Assembly: GCA_049512935.1 (NCBI GenBank) | Contig: JBEKWR010000002.1 | Location: 32,001-96,000, forward strand | Source: Candidatus Bathyarchaeia archaeon | GTDB taxonomy: Archaea; Thermoproteota; Bathyarchaeia; Bathyarchaeales; Bathycorpusculaceae | Reading direction: 5' to 3' | DNA: 64,000 bases | In this document: positions 27,261 through 37,309 of the stretch, one piece after another | How the letters are laid out: each line of letters starts with the position of its first letter | How positions within the stretch are numbered: the stretch's first letter is position 1 | Made by a program: the position numbers and the translations under genes | The notes under the pieces: model-generated | The model's database searches: none | The model's input: only the letters and a program-made list of their open reading frames with translations | Told to the model about the DNA's origin: nothing

Positions 27261-27438
27261 GGGGTCGTAGTCCAGCCAGGCTAAGACGACGGGCTCCAGA
27301 AAGCAAACATATAACGGGTTTGCTGACTCCGCGAGGAGAATGACGAATTTCCGGAGCGGTCTTGAAGAAACCCGTAAAGAACGGCTTCGCACTGTTCTTG
27401 GGTAAAGGTCGTCGGTTCAAATCCGGCCGGCCCCACCA
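27261..27438 (+). tRNA. tRNA-Trp(CCA) with two introns (37/38 and 43/44) and encoded CCA
   Basis: GGGGTCG/CGGCCCC acceptor; ACGGG-CTCCAG/A-CCCGT anticodon arm; introns 27300-27369 and 27376-27405 with BHB-like motifs; GTCGG-TTCAAAT-CCGGC T-arm. Confidence 0.92.
27300..27369 (+). ncRNA. tRNA-Trp intron carrying a partly degenerate box C/D guide RNA
   Basis: ACGGGTTTG-CTGA (guide plus D'), CTCC-GCGA-GGAG hairpin, ATGACGA (C'), GGAGC second-guide remnant. Confidence 0.65.
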
Positions 27439-27557
27439 AATCTTTTCTGTCTTGTAAAAACGGGACTTAGCTTTTTTTCATGACTGTGCTTATCAAAGTC
27501 GGAGTAGTTTCAAAAATATTTTTATTATAGTTCTTTAGCTATAATACTATAGTCAAA

Positions 27558-28628
27558 ATGAAGTTGAAGATAATGAACAACGGAACGGTTCTGATCTTAG
27601 ATACGATAGCATCTCACTTAGGGGAGTCGCTGTCAATTAGCCAATTAACTGAAAAGATCAAGGAAAAGCATGGAACCGCCTACTATTCAAATACTTACAA
27701 AAAGCTCAAGGAACTACAAAAAGAAAAAATATTACTTATCGAAAGCCACGGTAATAGCTCGATCATAAAGCCAAATTTCGAAAACTCCTTAACTGTTGAC
27801 CGCTTAGTGGAAATGGAAATTGAAAAGAAAATTGGCTTTTTTAAAACAAGGAATCACCTATCAACTGTCATAGAGGATTTGAAGGATACTGTTAGCGACA
27901 GATATTTTGTCAGGTCCATTTGTTCCATTGACCCCTTAAGGAATCTTCAACTGAACAGGTTTGAATTACTTTTTATGCTTCTGTCGCCCGCTGACGCCGA
28001 ACGTGAGACAATTCAATTGTATAAGGATACGCTGCGCTTGCAGAATAAATACAATTTGAGAATTGACAGCCTAATTTTGACTGAAAATGATTTTTCATCA
28101 CTCATACGATCAAATGAGATAAACCCTCTCAGAGAAGCAATAGCTAACGAAACAGCCATCTTATACCCTGAAGCGTTTTGGGGCAAGATAAGGGAGATTT
28201 CTCAAGAGAGCACCATCAAAGTTATACAAAAAGAAACTAAACCGAGCAAGATTTCAGAGTCTGACTTGGTGGGCAATCTGTACAGGTTTGGTTACAAGGA
28301 ATTTGGGTCAACGATAGCTGAATCAAGTAAATATTGTGTCGAATACATCGTGACGGCTTTGCTCCTGTCTGGCGACGCGAGAAGGATAGATGCAATCCCA
28401 ATAGTCTTGTCAAAAAACAGCTTCAAAGAGAACATGTTAGCCTTCTTGAGCCAAAAATACAGGACTGCCGGAAAACTTTTGGGGCTACTAACGATACTGC
28501 AGAAAGTCTCGCCAAATGAACAAGTTGAGAGGGCGATTTCAATTTTGCGAACATTTGGTGAAAAAGAAATACCGGGCAATGAAAATAGCATAATCCGTAA
28601 CATGGAGTTGTACGATGCCATCAGATAA
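27558..28628 (+). CDS. wHTH plus nucleotidyltransferase-like protein (putative type IV TA-like antitoxin partner)
   Basis: N-terminal wHTH; C-terminal ARRIDAIPIVL segment; overlaps the DUF6036-like gene; AT-rich and directly after tRNA-Trp. Confidence 0.6.
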   Translation: MKLKIMNNGTVLILDTIASHLGESLSISQLTEKIKEKHGTAYYSNTYKKLKELQKEKILLIESHGNSSIIKPNFENSLTVDRLVEMEIEKKIGFFKTRNHLSTVIEDLKDTVSDRYFVRSICSIDPLRNLQLNRFELLFMLLSPADAERETIQLYKDTLRLQNKYNLRIDSLILTENDFSSLIRSNEINPLREAIANETAILYPEAFWGKIREISQESTIKVIQKETKPSKISESDLVGNLYRFGYKEFGSTIAESSKYCVEYIVTALLLSGDARRIDAIPIVLSKNSFKENMLAFLSQKYRTAGKLLGLLTILQKVSPNEQVERAISILRTFGEKEIPGNENSIIRNMELYDAIR

Positions 28629-29151
28629 GAAACTGGACAAAAACGAATTATTCAGTCTGCTGAAGGTTTTTGATGAAGAGGCATCTAAGAATATTTGTCT
28701 AGTTGCGGTAGGTGGCACGGCAATGACACTTTTAGATCTCAAGCTTTCCACTAAGGATATAGATTTCACCGTTCCAAGCGCCGATAAACCCGAGTTTGAC
28801 AGAGTTAGAAATGCAGTGCCACACGGCTACAAGATAGATGTTTGGACAGATGGAACAATTTTTTGCATTACTCTGCCAGATGATTACATAGACCGCAGCA
28901 TCGACATAATAAGTTACAAGAAAATTCATCTGAAGGCACTGCACCCCCTTGACATAGTCGTCAGCAAAATAGCGAGGCTTGATAGCCATGACATCGAAGA
29001 CATCGGTGTGTACATCAAAAATACAATATCAGCAAAGAAGATATACAAAAAAGAGCAGCAACAGCGATCTATGTTTCTAAACGGGAAGACTATGAATACC
29101 AAGTTAAATGGGTTCTGGAAAACCTTTTCTCATGCTGAATCAAGCGTTTAA
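28615..29151 (+). CDS. DUF6036-like nucleotidyltransferase (AbiEii-like), probably frameshifted near the C-terminus
   Basis: VAVGGTAMTLLDLKLSTKDIDF, DIVVSKIARL and DIEDI. A5 run at 29017-29021; the alternative frame ends at 29138. Confidence 0.75.
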   Translation: MPSDKKLDKNELFSLLKVFDEEASKNICLVAVGGTAMTLLDLKLSTKDIDFTVPSADKPEFDRVRNAVPHGYKIDVWTDGTIFCITLPDDYIDRSIDIISYKKIHLKALHPLDIVVSKIARLDSHDIEDIGVYIKNTISAKKIYKKEQQQRSMFLNGKTMNTKLNGFWKTFSHAESSV

Positions 29152-29266
29152 GAAGAACCCTACCAAATTTTCTTTCATTGAACGTCGAGGGGCTTCCCAA
29201 AATCATCAATGGTATAAATGGGACAGATAAAAAAACAGATTTACGACTAAAAAACCAGCAAATTTC

Positions 29267-29833
29267 TTAATGCGTTTTAAGTTTGGCGATTTCTTTTTCT
29301 GTCGCCGCAAGCTCCTTTTGCACCATAGCCATAACCTCTTTGAAGTGTTTCTGCTTTTGCTTCAAACTTTCTAAGTCTTCTTTGGATTCTGGCCTGTTCT
29401 CATTTAGAAACGCGTCGAAGGGACTGGGCATCATAGGCATTGAAGCCTTTTTCGGTTCCACGTTTAGCACGTCTCTTGCGAATTCTTGAAAAAGCGAATT
29501 CATGCCGCTTGCGAGTTCACTCTGTTTGACCATGGCACTTCTGAGTATGGCTTCCCCTGTTTCCGTGATTCTGTAAACTTTTATTTTTCGGTTCTTTACC
29601 GTGGACCAGTCGCCCACTATGTACCCGGCTTTTTCAAGGTCTCTCAGTATCGGGTACATGCCGCCCGCTGTCGGCTTCCAGAAACCTCTGGTTTTGTCTC
29701 TGATTTCCTTCATTATTTCGTAGCCGTGTGCTGGCCGCTTGTTCAGGATGATTAGTGAGGCTACTCTGATGTACCCTTTCTGGGCTTCCTTGACCCAGTT
29801 GCCCGTTGTTTTCTCTTGCTCTTCAAATGTCAT
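29267..29833 (-). CDS. PadR-family regulator
   Basis: HGYEIMKEI, PTAGGMYPILRDLE and YRITETG; divergent from the ABC exporter. Confidence 0.92.
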   Translation of the reverse strand: MTFEEQEKTTGNWVKEAQKGYIRVASLIILNKRPAHGYEIMKEIRDKTRGFWKPTAGGMYPILRDLEKAGYIVGDWSTVKNRKIKVYRITETGEAILRSAMVKQSELASGMNSLFQEFARDVLNVEPKKASMPMMPSPFDAFLNENRPESKEDLESLKQKQKHFKEVMAMVQKELAATEKEIAKLKTH

Positions 29834-29928
29834 TTGTTGTTTCCAAAACCATATTCTATTAACGGAATATTTATATTTTGCTTAAACATATTGCAACGAA
29901 TTATATTTCAACATATGCTGGTGCCAAG

Positions 29929-30978
29929 TTGGAACAGAAAAACGAAACGGAAACCTATCAGTCAAACGAATCAATCATCTCGGTAAAAAACCTTACCAAA
30001 ATGTTCGGCGATTTCGTAGCGGTGGACAGCATCTCATTCGACGTGAAGAAGGGCGAAATCTTCGGGCTGCTCGGCCCCAACGGCGCAGGCAAAAGCACGA
30101 CGCTGCGCATGCTCTCCACGTTAGCCCGTCCCACAAAGGGAACGGCAACCATAGGCGGATTCGACATCGTTAAGGAGGACACGGAAGTCAGGAAACTGAT
30201 AGGCATAGTTTCAGAAAAAATGATAATGTACAATCGCTTGACAGCCAGGGAAAACCTGGTGTTTTTCGGCAGCCTCTTCAACCTGCCCAAGGACGTTTTA
30301 AACAAGAGAATAGACGAGTTGCTTGAGCTGGTTCAACTCACCAAATGGAAGAACGCTCAGGTAGGCACGTTTTCGACAGGCATGAGACAGAGGATGAACG
30401 TGGTTCGTGCGCTGCTGAACATGCCGCAGGTGCTCTTCCTTGACGAGCCGACCCTCGGCTTAGATCCCCAATCGTCCGTTGAAATCCGAGAGTTCATTAA
30501 GAAACTCAACAGGGAAAACGGAACTACCATAATCGTGACGACTCACATGATGGTGGATGCTGATCTGCTGTGCGACCGAATCGGCATAATGGATCACGCC
30601 AAAATCGTGGCGCTTGACACTTCAACTAACTTGAAAAAGACAATTTCGGGAGCGGATACAACAATATTAAAACTTGAAATCGGAAACCTGTCACCCCAAA
30701 TAATTGAGGCAATCCAGGATTGCAATTGCGTAGACAGCGTTACTCAGGAAAACACGTTGCACTTGAAAGTTATCAGCCATGGTCAAGAGGCGTTCGACTC
30801 TGTAATTGATGCAATAAGAACATCGGGCGGAAAGATTAACTCCATGGAAAACCTTCAGCCAACCCTTGAGGACGTGTTCCTGCATATTACTGGTCATCAG
30901 GTAAGGGACAGCGCAGACCAGAAAATCCCCATGGAACAGCATAAGCACTACGGGGCTGCACCAAGCAGGATAAGGTGA
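29929..30978 (+). CDS. ABC-2 exporter ATP-binding subunit (DrrA-like)
   Basis: GPNGAGKS, FSTGMRQR, LDEPTLGLDP and PTLEDVFL. Confidence 0.94.
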   Translation: MEQKNETETYQSNESIISVKNLTKMFGDFVAVDSISFDVKKGEIFGLLGPNGAGKSTTLRMLSTLARPTKGTATIGGFDIVKEDTEVRKLIGIVSEKMIMYNRLTARENLVFFGSLFNLPKDVLNKRIDELLELVQLTKWKNAQVGTFSTGMRQRMNVVRALLNMPQVLFLDEPTLGLDPQSSVEIREFIKKLNRENGTTIIVTTHMMVDADLLCDRIGIMDHAKIVALDTSTNLKKTISGADTTILKLEIGNLSPQIIEAIQDCNCVDSVTQENTLHLKVISHGQEAFDSVIDAIRTSGGKINSMENLQPTLEDVFLHITGHQVRDSADQKIPMEQHKHYGAAPSRIR

Positions 30979-30983
30979 TAGCG

Positions 30984-32183
30984 ATGGGAGCAAAAAGTTT
31001 ACTTTCGCATTCCTTCCGCATCGCTTGGAAAGACCTGACAGAACTGTTTAGGAACCGTTTGGGTCTGGTTCTGCTTATACTCATGCCGCTGTTCATGATG
31101 GCGATGATCGGCTTCATCTACCCATCCAGCAACACAACGATAAGCAATATGCCAGTTGCCGTGGTGAATCAGGATTCAGGCTTCAACGGCTTGACCCAGC
31201 CGAGCCAGTTCTTCATAAGCACCCTGCAGGGCATAAACAGTCAAACTCACATGCTGAAGCTTTCAAACGCCACAAGCTTAGACCAAATCAAATCTGATAT
31301 TCAGAACAGCAAGATAGACGGCGGCATAATCATACCCAGCAACTTCTCAACCTGCATAATCAACGGCGAACAAGGAACCCTAATTATCGTTACAGACCAA
31401 TCTAACCCGACGGTTTCCGCTGAACTGGAAGGCGCTTTGTCAGGTGTGTTCAGCGAGATGGGCACGGCTCTCGCACAGCATAACGTTCAAGGACTCTCAG
31501 CAGCCGTAACAGCTAACGAGTCTCTCGCAGTAGTGCAGCCCTACATCGTGAAAACGGAAGGGGTTGTTCCTGGAAACCAAAGCTACTTCAACTTCATTGC
31601 CCCTGGAATCATGGCGATGACAGTTATGATGAGCGTCATGACTGGGCTTCCTGTGGCAATATCTCAAGAGAAGGAAGTCGGCACCATGGACGGCATGATG
31701 GTTGCGCCAATCAACAGGTTATCCATCATTCTAGGAAAAGCTTTAGGTCAGACCGCTCGTGGCTTAATTCAAGGGGTCATAATAATGGCGTTGGCTATCG
31801 GGCTATTCGGGGTCGCAGTCCACGGAAGCATTCTACTTGTGTTTGGTTTGCTCTTGCTGGGCGTATTTTCATTCGTCGGCTTAGGCATCGTGTTGACGTC
31901 CCTCGCTAAGGATCAGGAAACGGCGCAGATGATGATGATGACGCTAATGTTCCCAATGATGTTCCTCAGCGGAGTAATGTTCCCACTACAGCAGATGCCA
32001 TGGTACATGCAAGACATAGCAAAATTCCTTCCGCTAACGTATGCTGCTGATGCAATGCGAAAAGTCATGGTGCTAGGCGCAGGAGTCCCCGCCATCTCCA
32101 ACGACCTGATTATCATGATCGTGTTCGGTGTAGTCATGATTGCAATCGCTGTTCCGCTGTTCAGAAGAATGATGACCAGGTAA
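30984..32183 (+). CDS. ABC-2 exporter permease
   Basis: N-terminal TM, large external domain, EKEVGT, FLSGVMFP and PLTYA. Confidence 0.92.
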   Translation: MGAKSLLSHSFRIAWKDLTELFRNRLGLVLLILMPLFMMAMIGFIYPSSNTTISNMPVAVVNQDSGFNGLTQPSQFFISTLQGINSQTHMLKLSNATSLDQIKSDIQNSKIDGGIIIPSNFSTCIINGEQGTLIIVTDQSNPTVSAELEGALSGVFSEMGTALAQHNVQGLSAAVTANESLAVVQPYIVKTEGVVPGNQSYFNFIAPGIMAMTVMMSVMTGLPVAISQEKEVGTMDGMMVAPINRLSIILGKALGQTARGLIQGVIIMALAIGLFGVAVHGSILLVFGLLLLGVFSFVGLGIVLTSLAKDQETAQMMMMTLMFPMMFLSGVMFPLQQMPWYMQDIAKFLPLTYAADAMRKVMVLGAGVPAISNDLIIMIVFGVVMIAIAVPLFRRMMTR

Positions 32184-32434
32184 ACGGAGGCACATGCACG
32201 AGTACCCTTTGCTCCAAATGCCCTTTCTTTCAGCTTGCCCCGCTGATAAGACGCAAGAACGCACGCAAGAGGTGCCGCATCGAACCGCAGCGGCAGCTGC
32301 GAATCTACGAGTGCAAAGACTTCCCGAAAAAAAGGGCGCTCACTTGGAATCGATAAGCGATAATTTGGCAGGCACATTCGCTTGTAGCTAGGCTTTATAA
32401 GCGGCGCGGTAATTTGTGCTCGGGAGATGTCGTT

Positions 32435-33391
32435 ATGTCTTTAGGCGATGTTCCATCGATTGAGGCTGTCAAGCTTACAAAACAGTTCGGTTCATTCGTA
32501 GCAGTTTCAGAATTGAACCTCAAGATAGAAGGCGCGAAATGCGTCGGTTTCCTGGGTCCAAACGGCGCGGGAAAAACAACCACGCTTAAAATGCTCACGG
32601 ATTTGATCCGTCCTTCTTCCGGGGAAGCTCTGATAAACGGCATAAACGTTCACACTAACAAGAAGGCGGCGTTGGCGTCTGTCGCTGCGATAATTGAGAC
32701 GCCTGAAATTTACCCTTCACTGACGCCCCGCGAAGCGCTGACAATGATTGCTGAATACAGAGGAGTTCCAGCATCAGAAATTAAAAAGAGAATAGAAGAA
32801 GCCGTCACCGAAGTCCATATGAACGAATGGATCGATAAGAGAGTAGGCAAGTTCTCCAAAGGAATGAAACAGAGAATTTGCATTGCCTCCGCAATTCTCA
32901 GTGACCCATGTATCCTTCTTCTCGATGAGCCCACCAACGGGCTTGATCCTAGAGGCATGAGTGAAGTCAGGGAAATCGTTAAATCGCTTAAGGGCAAGAA
33001 AAGATTGGTTTTCATGAGTTCGCATCTTCTCAGCGAAGTTTCAGAGGTATGCGACGAAGTCGCCATGATTGACCATGGCAAGCTAATCGTGTATGATACA
33101 ATTTCAAATGTGACTTCCAAATTTTCCGGAGGAGCAAACATGGTTGAAGTTGAACTTCTGCGTCCCATTAATCCCCAATTAGTGACACAGAAGATCGCAA
33201 AACTTTCCAATGTGACTTCAGCGGAGCAAACAAATGATACAAACCTGCGGATACGGTTTAGCGGAGGCTTGGATGCGCAAGAAGGGATTCTCTCTGATTT
33301 GGTAAAAATGAATATTGGAATTATAAGTTACAGAGTAGCGGCTTCAGAACTCGAAGATGTGTATCTTAATTTGATTAAGGAGACGGTGTGA
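32435..33391 (+). CDS. ABC transporter ATP-binding subunit
   Basis: GPNGAGKT, FSKGMKQR, LDEPTNGLDP and SSHLL. Confidence 0.94.
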   Translation: MSLGDVPSIEAVKLTKQFGSFVAVSELNLKIEGAKCVGFLGPNGAGKTTTLKMLTDLIRPSSGEALINGINVHTNKKAALASVAAIIETPEIYPSLTPREALTMIAEYRGVPASEIKKRIEEAVTEVHMNEWIDKRVGKFSKGMKQRICIASAILSDPCILLLDEPTNGLDPRGMSEVREIVKSLKGKKRLVFMSSHLLSEVSEVCDEVAMIDHGKLIVYDTISNVTSKFSGGANMVEVELLRPINPQLVTQKIAKLSNVTSAEQTNDTNLRIRFSGGLDAQEGILSDLVKMNIGIISYRVAASELEDVYLNLIKETV

Positions 33392-33396
33392 TAAGT

Positions 33397-34275
33397 ATGA
33401 ACGAGACAGAATCAATCGGTGGCAATAAAGTGCCGAGCAGCATGGCGCAAGTCGGCATATCAATGAAGTACACGTTTCTCGAATACATTAGGTCGCGACG
33501 TTTCCTAATAATGCTGATTATTACTCTTATAATAGCAGCGCTTCTTACCATCATAGTGGCTTGGCGGCGTCCTGCAGGTTTTCTGGTTTCAAACCTCGGG
33601 TTCTATTCCAGTTGGTGGGGTTTGTCAGTAACCTTTGTAATTATTCTGGCTGGAATTTTCTTCGGAGGGGACGCCATTTCAGGTGAGTTTCAGAATAAGA
33701 CGGGTTATTTCGGGATTCCAAACCCTGTTAGACGGTCGTCAATATACATTGGGAAGTGGTTGGCGGCTTTCTTGGCAGCAACTGCAATATTCGTCTTGTA
33801 CATGGTGATTACAATCGCCAATGGAGTTTACTATTCAGCTACAATAGCCGGTTTTGGCACAGGTCTGCCGTATCAATTCGGTTACTCTTTGCTTTTCGCA
33901 TGGATTTATCTCGCGGCTGTCATGGGATTGGCGTTCTTTTTCAGTTCAATGTTTAAGAGTAGCTCCATATCCATTCTTGTAACGGTTATCCTCTTACTGT
34001 TCGGATTCACGCTAATTCAAGAACTGGTCTCAGATCTTGTCGGGATTGAACCATGGTTTATTCTAACCTATGGGGCAGGGATAATAGGCAACATATTGCA
34101 ATCTCCTTATCCCCCCGCCAAAACCGTGACAACTACGCCGTTCGGTCATGGTCGTACATTTACCACCACTACATTCGCCGCCTCGGTTCCCCAAGGACTC
34201 GCAATCATAGGAATATACTTCATCGTCACCACAATCTTGGGACTACTATTATTTGAAAGAAAAGAATTCACTTAA
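33397..34275 (+). CDS. ABC-2 transporter permease
   Basis: Six TM helices; DAISGEFQNKTG and PVRRSSIYIGK. Confidence 0.9.
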   Translation: MNETESIGGNKVPSSMAQVGISMKYTFLEYIRSRRFLIMLIITLIIAALLTIIVAWRRPAGFLVSNLGFYSSWWGLSVTFVIILAGIFFGGDAISGEFQNKTGYFGIPNPVRRSSIYIGKWLAAFLAATAIFVLYMVITIANGVYYSATIAGFGTGLPYQFGYSLLFAWIYLAAVMGLAFFFSSMFKSSSISILVTVILLLFGFTLIQELVSDLVGIEPWFILTYGAGIIGNILQSPYPPAKTVTTTPFGHGRTFTTTTFAASVPQGLAIIGIYFIVTTILGLLLFERKEFT

Positions 34276-34454
34276 GTGAAAACCCGCTGGGATTTCGTCA
34301 AAATGAATCCCGGCAAACCACTTTTTAATTTTACCTTCGCCTATTTTGCCCTCCCAATTTCAGAAGTGCCAAGTTTATTGCAATTGCTTAGGCATCGTTG
34401 AAGTCGTGGTTGATAGTAAAATTTAACTACTAAAACATACTAAGGCACGGTCTA

Positions 34455-35624
34455 ATGAGAAGACTTCCGCTTCAGCTATTCAGTTCGGTATGCACGAACC
34501 CTGCGCTCATGATGAGCTTCAGCAGAGGAGCCTATCGTGAATTTGTCAAGTCGAAACTGGACTACGGGAACGAAGACGGAAGCAGTTCCTCACTTTGGCT
34601 GCTGAGCCTACGAATCACGCACCGCTGCAACCACAGATGCGCCATATGCGCGCAGTGGGGGCAAAGCGGGTACAACGCAATGGATGATACGCCGAAAGTT
34701 GCGGGAGAAGTTCCAGTTGAAGTTTACAAGAAAGTCATAGATGAAGTGGCGCCCAAGAAGGTTCACGTTTACATAACGGGCGGAGAACCCTTCCTTTACC
34801 AGCCGCTGGTTCCGCTTGTCAACTACATCAAAAGCAAGGGTCTGACGGTTCAAGTCGTGACAAACGGAGTCGGACTGGAACGGAACGCGGAAACCATCGT
34901 TGACAACGGGTGGGACATGATATGCGTCTCTTTTGACGGCCCAAGAGAAATCCATGACAAATGCCGAGGAGTCCCAGGAGCCATGGACACAGCGGTCAAA
35001 GGGTTGGCCGCGATTCAACGGATAAAGAGGGAGAAGAACAAGAGGAAACCCGCCATCTTCACGTTGACGACAATCTCCAGCAACAACCAGTACGCGCTGG
35101 TTGACACGGTGAAGGAAGCCGAGAAAATCCACCCAGGCGGCATAGTGATCTATTATTCTTGGTTCACCCGAGAATGGATTGGACAGGTACACACGAAAAT
35201 AGTTAACGATAAACTGGGGATAACTCCTTTCGCTTGGAAGGGCTACGTGCGCGACACAACAACCTTGGACATAGACGCCATCGTTGAGCAGGTTAAGAAG
35301 ATAAAAAGCCAAAAACACAAAAGTCACGTTCTTTTCGTACCCGACCTGAGAATTGAGGACGTTCGAGCGTACTATGAGGAACCTGAAAACTTCTTCGGCT
35401 ACAAGAAATGCGTTGCACCTTGGTTCCAGCTTGACGTGATGCCGAACGGGGACGTAGTGACATGCAGGGATTTCCCAGACTTCGTCACGGGAAACATCAT
35501 GGAATCACCTATCCTCGACATATACAACAGCGAGAAATACCGCAAGTTCAGGCGCGCCCTAAGAAGCTGCGATAACGGCGTTTTTCCAATTTGCTCCAGA
35601 TGCTGCGGCTTGATGGGGTACTAA
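34455..35624 (+). CDS. Radical SAM protein with SPASM/Twitch domain
   Basis: CNHRCAIC, TGGEPF, VTNG, SFDG; C-terminal CVAPW..PNGDVVTC..CSRCC. Confidence 0.92.
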   Translation: MRRLPLQLFSSVCTNPALMMSFSRGAYREFVKSKLDYGNEDGSSSSLWLLSLRITHRCNHRCAICAQWGQSGYNAMDDTPKVAGEVPVEVYKKVIDEVAPKKVHVYITGGEPFLYQPLVPLVNYIKSKGLTVQVVTNGVGLERNAETIVDNGWDMICVSFDGPREIHDKCRGVPGAMDTAVKGLAAIQRIKREKNKRKPAIFTLTTISSNNQYALVDTVKEAEKIHPGGIVIYYSWFTREWIGQVHTKIVNDKLGITPFAWKGYVRDTTTLDIDAIVEQVKKIKSQKHKSHVLFVPDLRIEDVRAYYEEPENFFGYKKCVAPWFQLDVMPNGDVVTCRDFPDFVTGNIMESPILDIYNSEKYRKFRRALRSCDNGVFPICSRCCGLMGY

Positions 35625-35708
35625 AAAATGCTTTTCCCGTCCACGGTGAAACAAGCGTGGGAACACGAGAAAGCCGTCTTGATTAACCTCTTGAAAAAGG
35701 GTTGAATT

Positions 35709-36446
35709 ATGATTGGGCCCGTGGATGTCGCCATTCTCACAAAGAACAGCGCGGTGAAGCTGAGGGAATGCATCAACTCTGTTTACTTGAACGTGCCCGT
35801 TAAGAACCTCATCGTGGTTGACGGCTTCTCTACCGACGCCACCCCAGCCATAGTGGAGGAGTTCCGACGGCAGCGCGGCAACGTCATCTTCATCCAGCAG
35901 GGGGGGACAAGAGCCAGCGCGAGGCAAACGGCGATTAAACTGGTGAAAGGCGACTGGTTCATGTTTGTAGACAGCGACGTTATCCTTTCAAGAAACTGGT
36001 TTGCCGAAGCAGAAAAACAAGTCAGAGATGACGTGGGCGCAATCTGGGGAATCGAAATCTGGTCGGTTCTGCAGGGAAATGACATACTGCCCCTTTTCGA
36101 GAGGGTTACATTGAAGATTTTCGAGAGGAGAGGCGGAACCCACGACATGTTGATCAGGCGGAAAACGGTTGAGGACATCAAGATACCGTATCAGCTGCAC
36201 ACGTACGAGGACGCGTACATCAAATCGTGGATTGAGAAAAAAGACTTCAAGGTGCTCGGCGTCTACGAGCCTCACTGCATCCACTTCCGTGCGGACCAAG
36301 TGTGGACCGCAAAAAAACACGTTGAACTCGTGGTCACCGACCTAAAATTCGCCGTTCCCCGCCCGACACTTCTGCTGCCCTACCTGTTCTACTCGTCAGT
36401 AGTCACCTATCAAATCGTCATAAGCAAATTCAAGAGAAAAAACTAA
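35709..36446 (+). CDS. Glycosyltransferase family 2
   Basis: VVDGFSTDAT, FVDSDV and YED. Confidence 0.9.
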   Translation: MIGPVDVAILTKNSAVKLRECINSVYLNVPVKNLIVVDGFSTDATPAIVEEFRRQRGNVIFIQQGGTRASARQTAIKLVKGDWFMFVDSDVILSRNWFAEAEKQVRDDVGAIWGIEIWSVLQGNDILPLFERVTLKIFERRGGTHDMLIRRKTVEDIKIPYQLHTYEDAYIKSWIEKKDFKVLGVYEPHCIHFRADQVWTAKKHVELVVTDLKFAVPRPTLLLPYLFYSSVVTYQIVISKFKRKN

Positions 36447-36528
36447 AAAAACAGAGAAAAATGCAATCCCAGCGGAAATCCCATGGCAAATTTAGACGTT
36501 TGCCTAAATCTTTTAAGGACAATCAGCC

Positions 36529-37077
36529 TCAGCGCAAAGTTAAGGCGCCTTCCAAAATCCTCTTTTCAGGAACAGCCAGCTGCTCAGCCAACCAGGCTTT
36601 GAGAATGGACGAAAATTCTGGAAGACAACCCGTGTAAGTGACGATCTGGTTGTTCTTCAACGCGTTTGCCTGAAAAACTTTCTCGTCTTCTTTAAAGCTG
36701 AACGTCACCGTTTGAGCCCCAAAAGCCAAACTCTGGAAGTCTTCCCACCTTGCACACCGCAAAACAACCGCAGGCCCCTGAATTGCGCTGGCAGCCGCTG
36801 TTTCACCCGTTCGCTCCTTGGCTTCGGCAGGGACAGCAGCTTTGGGAGCGCTTGACAAGATGCTGATTAGGCTTGCCATTTCTTTCTGCAGATTGTTTAT
36901 TTTTTCCTCGATTTTCTCCATTCTGCCGCCTAACTTGCCAGTTTCGCCAATTTTCTCAGTGACGACGGATAATTCTTTGATGAGTTTGTCGAGGTCTTTC
37001 TCGTGCTCTTTGAGAACGTTCACTATGAAATCCAAAGCTTCTAACGTATCATCCCTAGATGGAGAGTCGTTTGCCAT
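36529..37077 (-). CDS. Hypothetical protein with coiled-coil N-terminus
   Basis: Start reassigned to MANDSPSR because the ORF-track start overlaps dedA; EALDFIVNVLKEHEKDLD heptads. Confidence 0.7.
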   Translation of the reverse strand: MANDSPSRDDTLEALDFIVNVLKEHEKDLDKLIKELSVVTEKIGETGKLGGRMEKIEEKINNLQKEMASLISILSSAPKAAVPAEAKERTGETAAASAIQGPAVVLRCARWEDFQSLAFGAQTVTFSFKEDEKVFQANALKNNQIVTYTGCLPEFSSILKAWLAEQLAVPEKRILEGALTLR

Positions 37078-37309
37078 GTTGCCAGTCAGGCCTCTTTGAC
37101 GAGTTGTTTGGCGTATGTAACCGCCAAGGTTTCCCTTAAGTTGCCGTCGCTCTCCTAGAAGGAGTGATGTGTGGATAAACTTATGCTTGTTGAACTCAAG
37201 CGGGCATGCGTTTATGAAACTGTATCGTTGTTTTCTGTGCCCTCGGAAAAGCTTTGGGAATAACCCTAAAATATGTTCAAGCCAAGAACTTAACCTAAGC
37301 TGATGGTCA

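Noticed and set aside
32194-32391. 65-aa ORF with GGAGG between two ABC operons, considered as a RiPP precursor for the radical SAM enzyme
   Set aside because: No precursor-like motif; the radical SAM protein shows no evident RRE domain and sits beside a glycosyltransferase.
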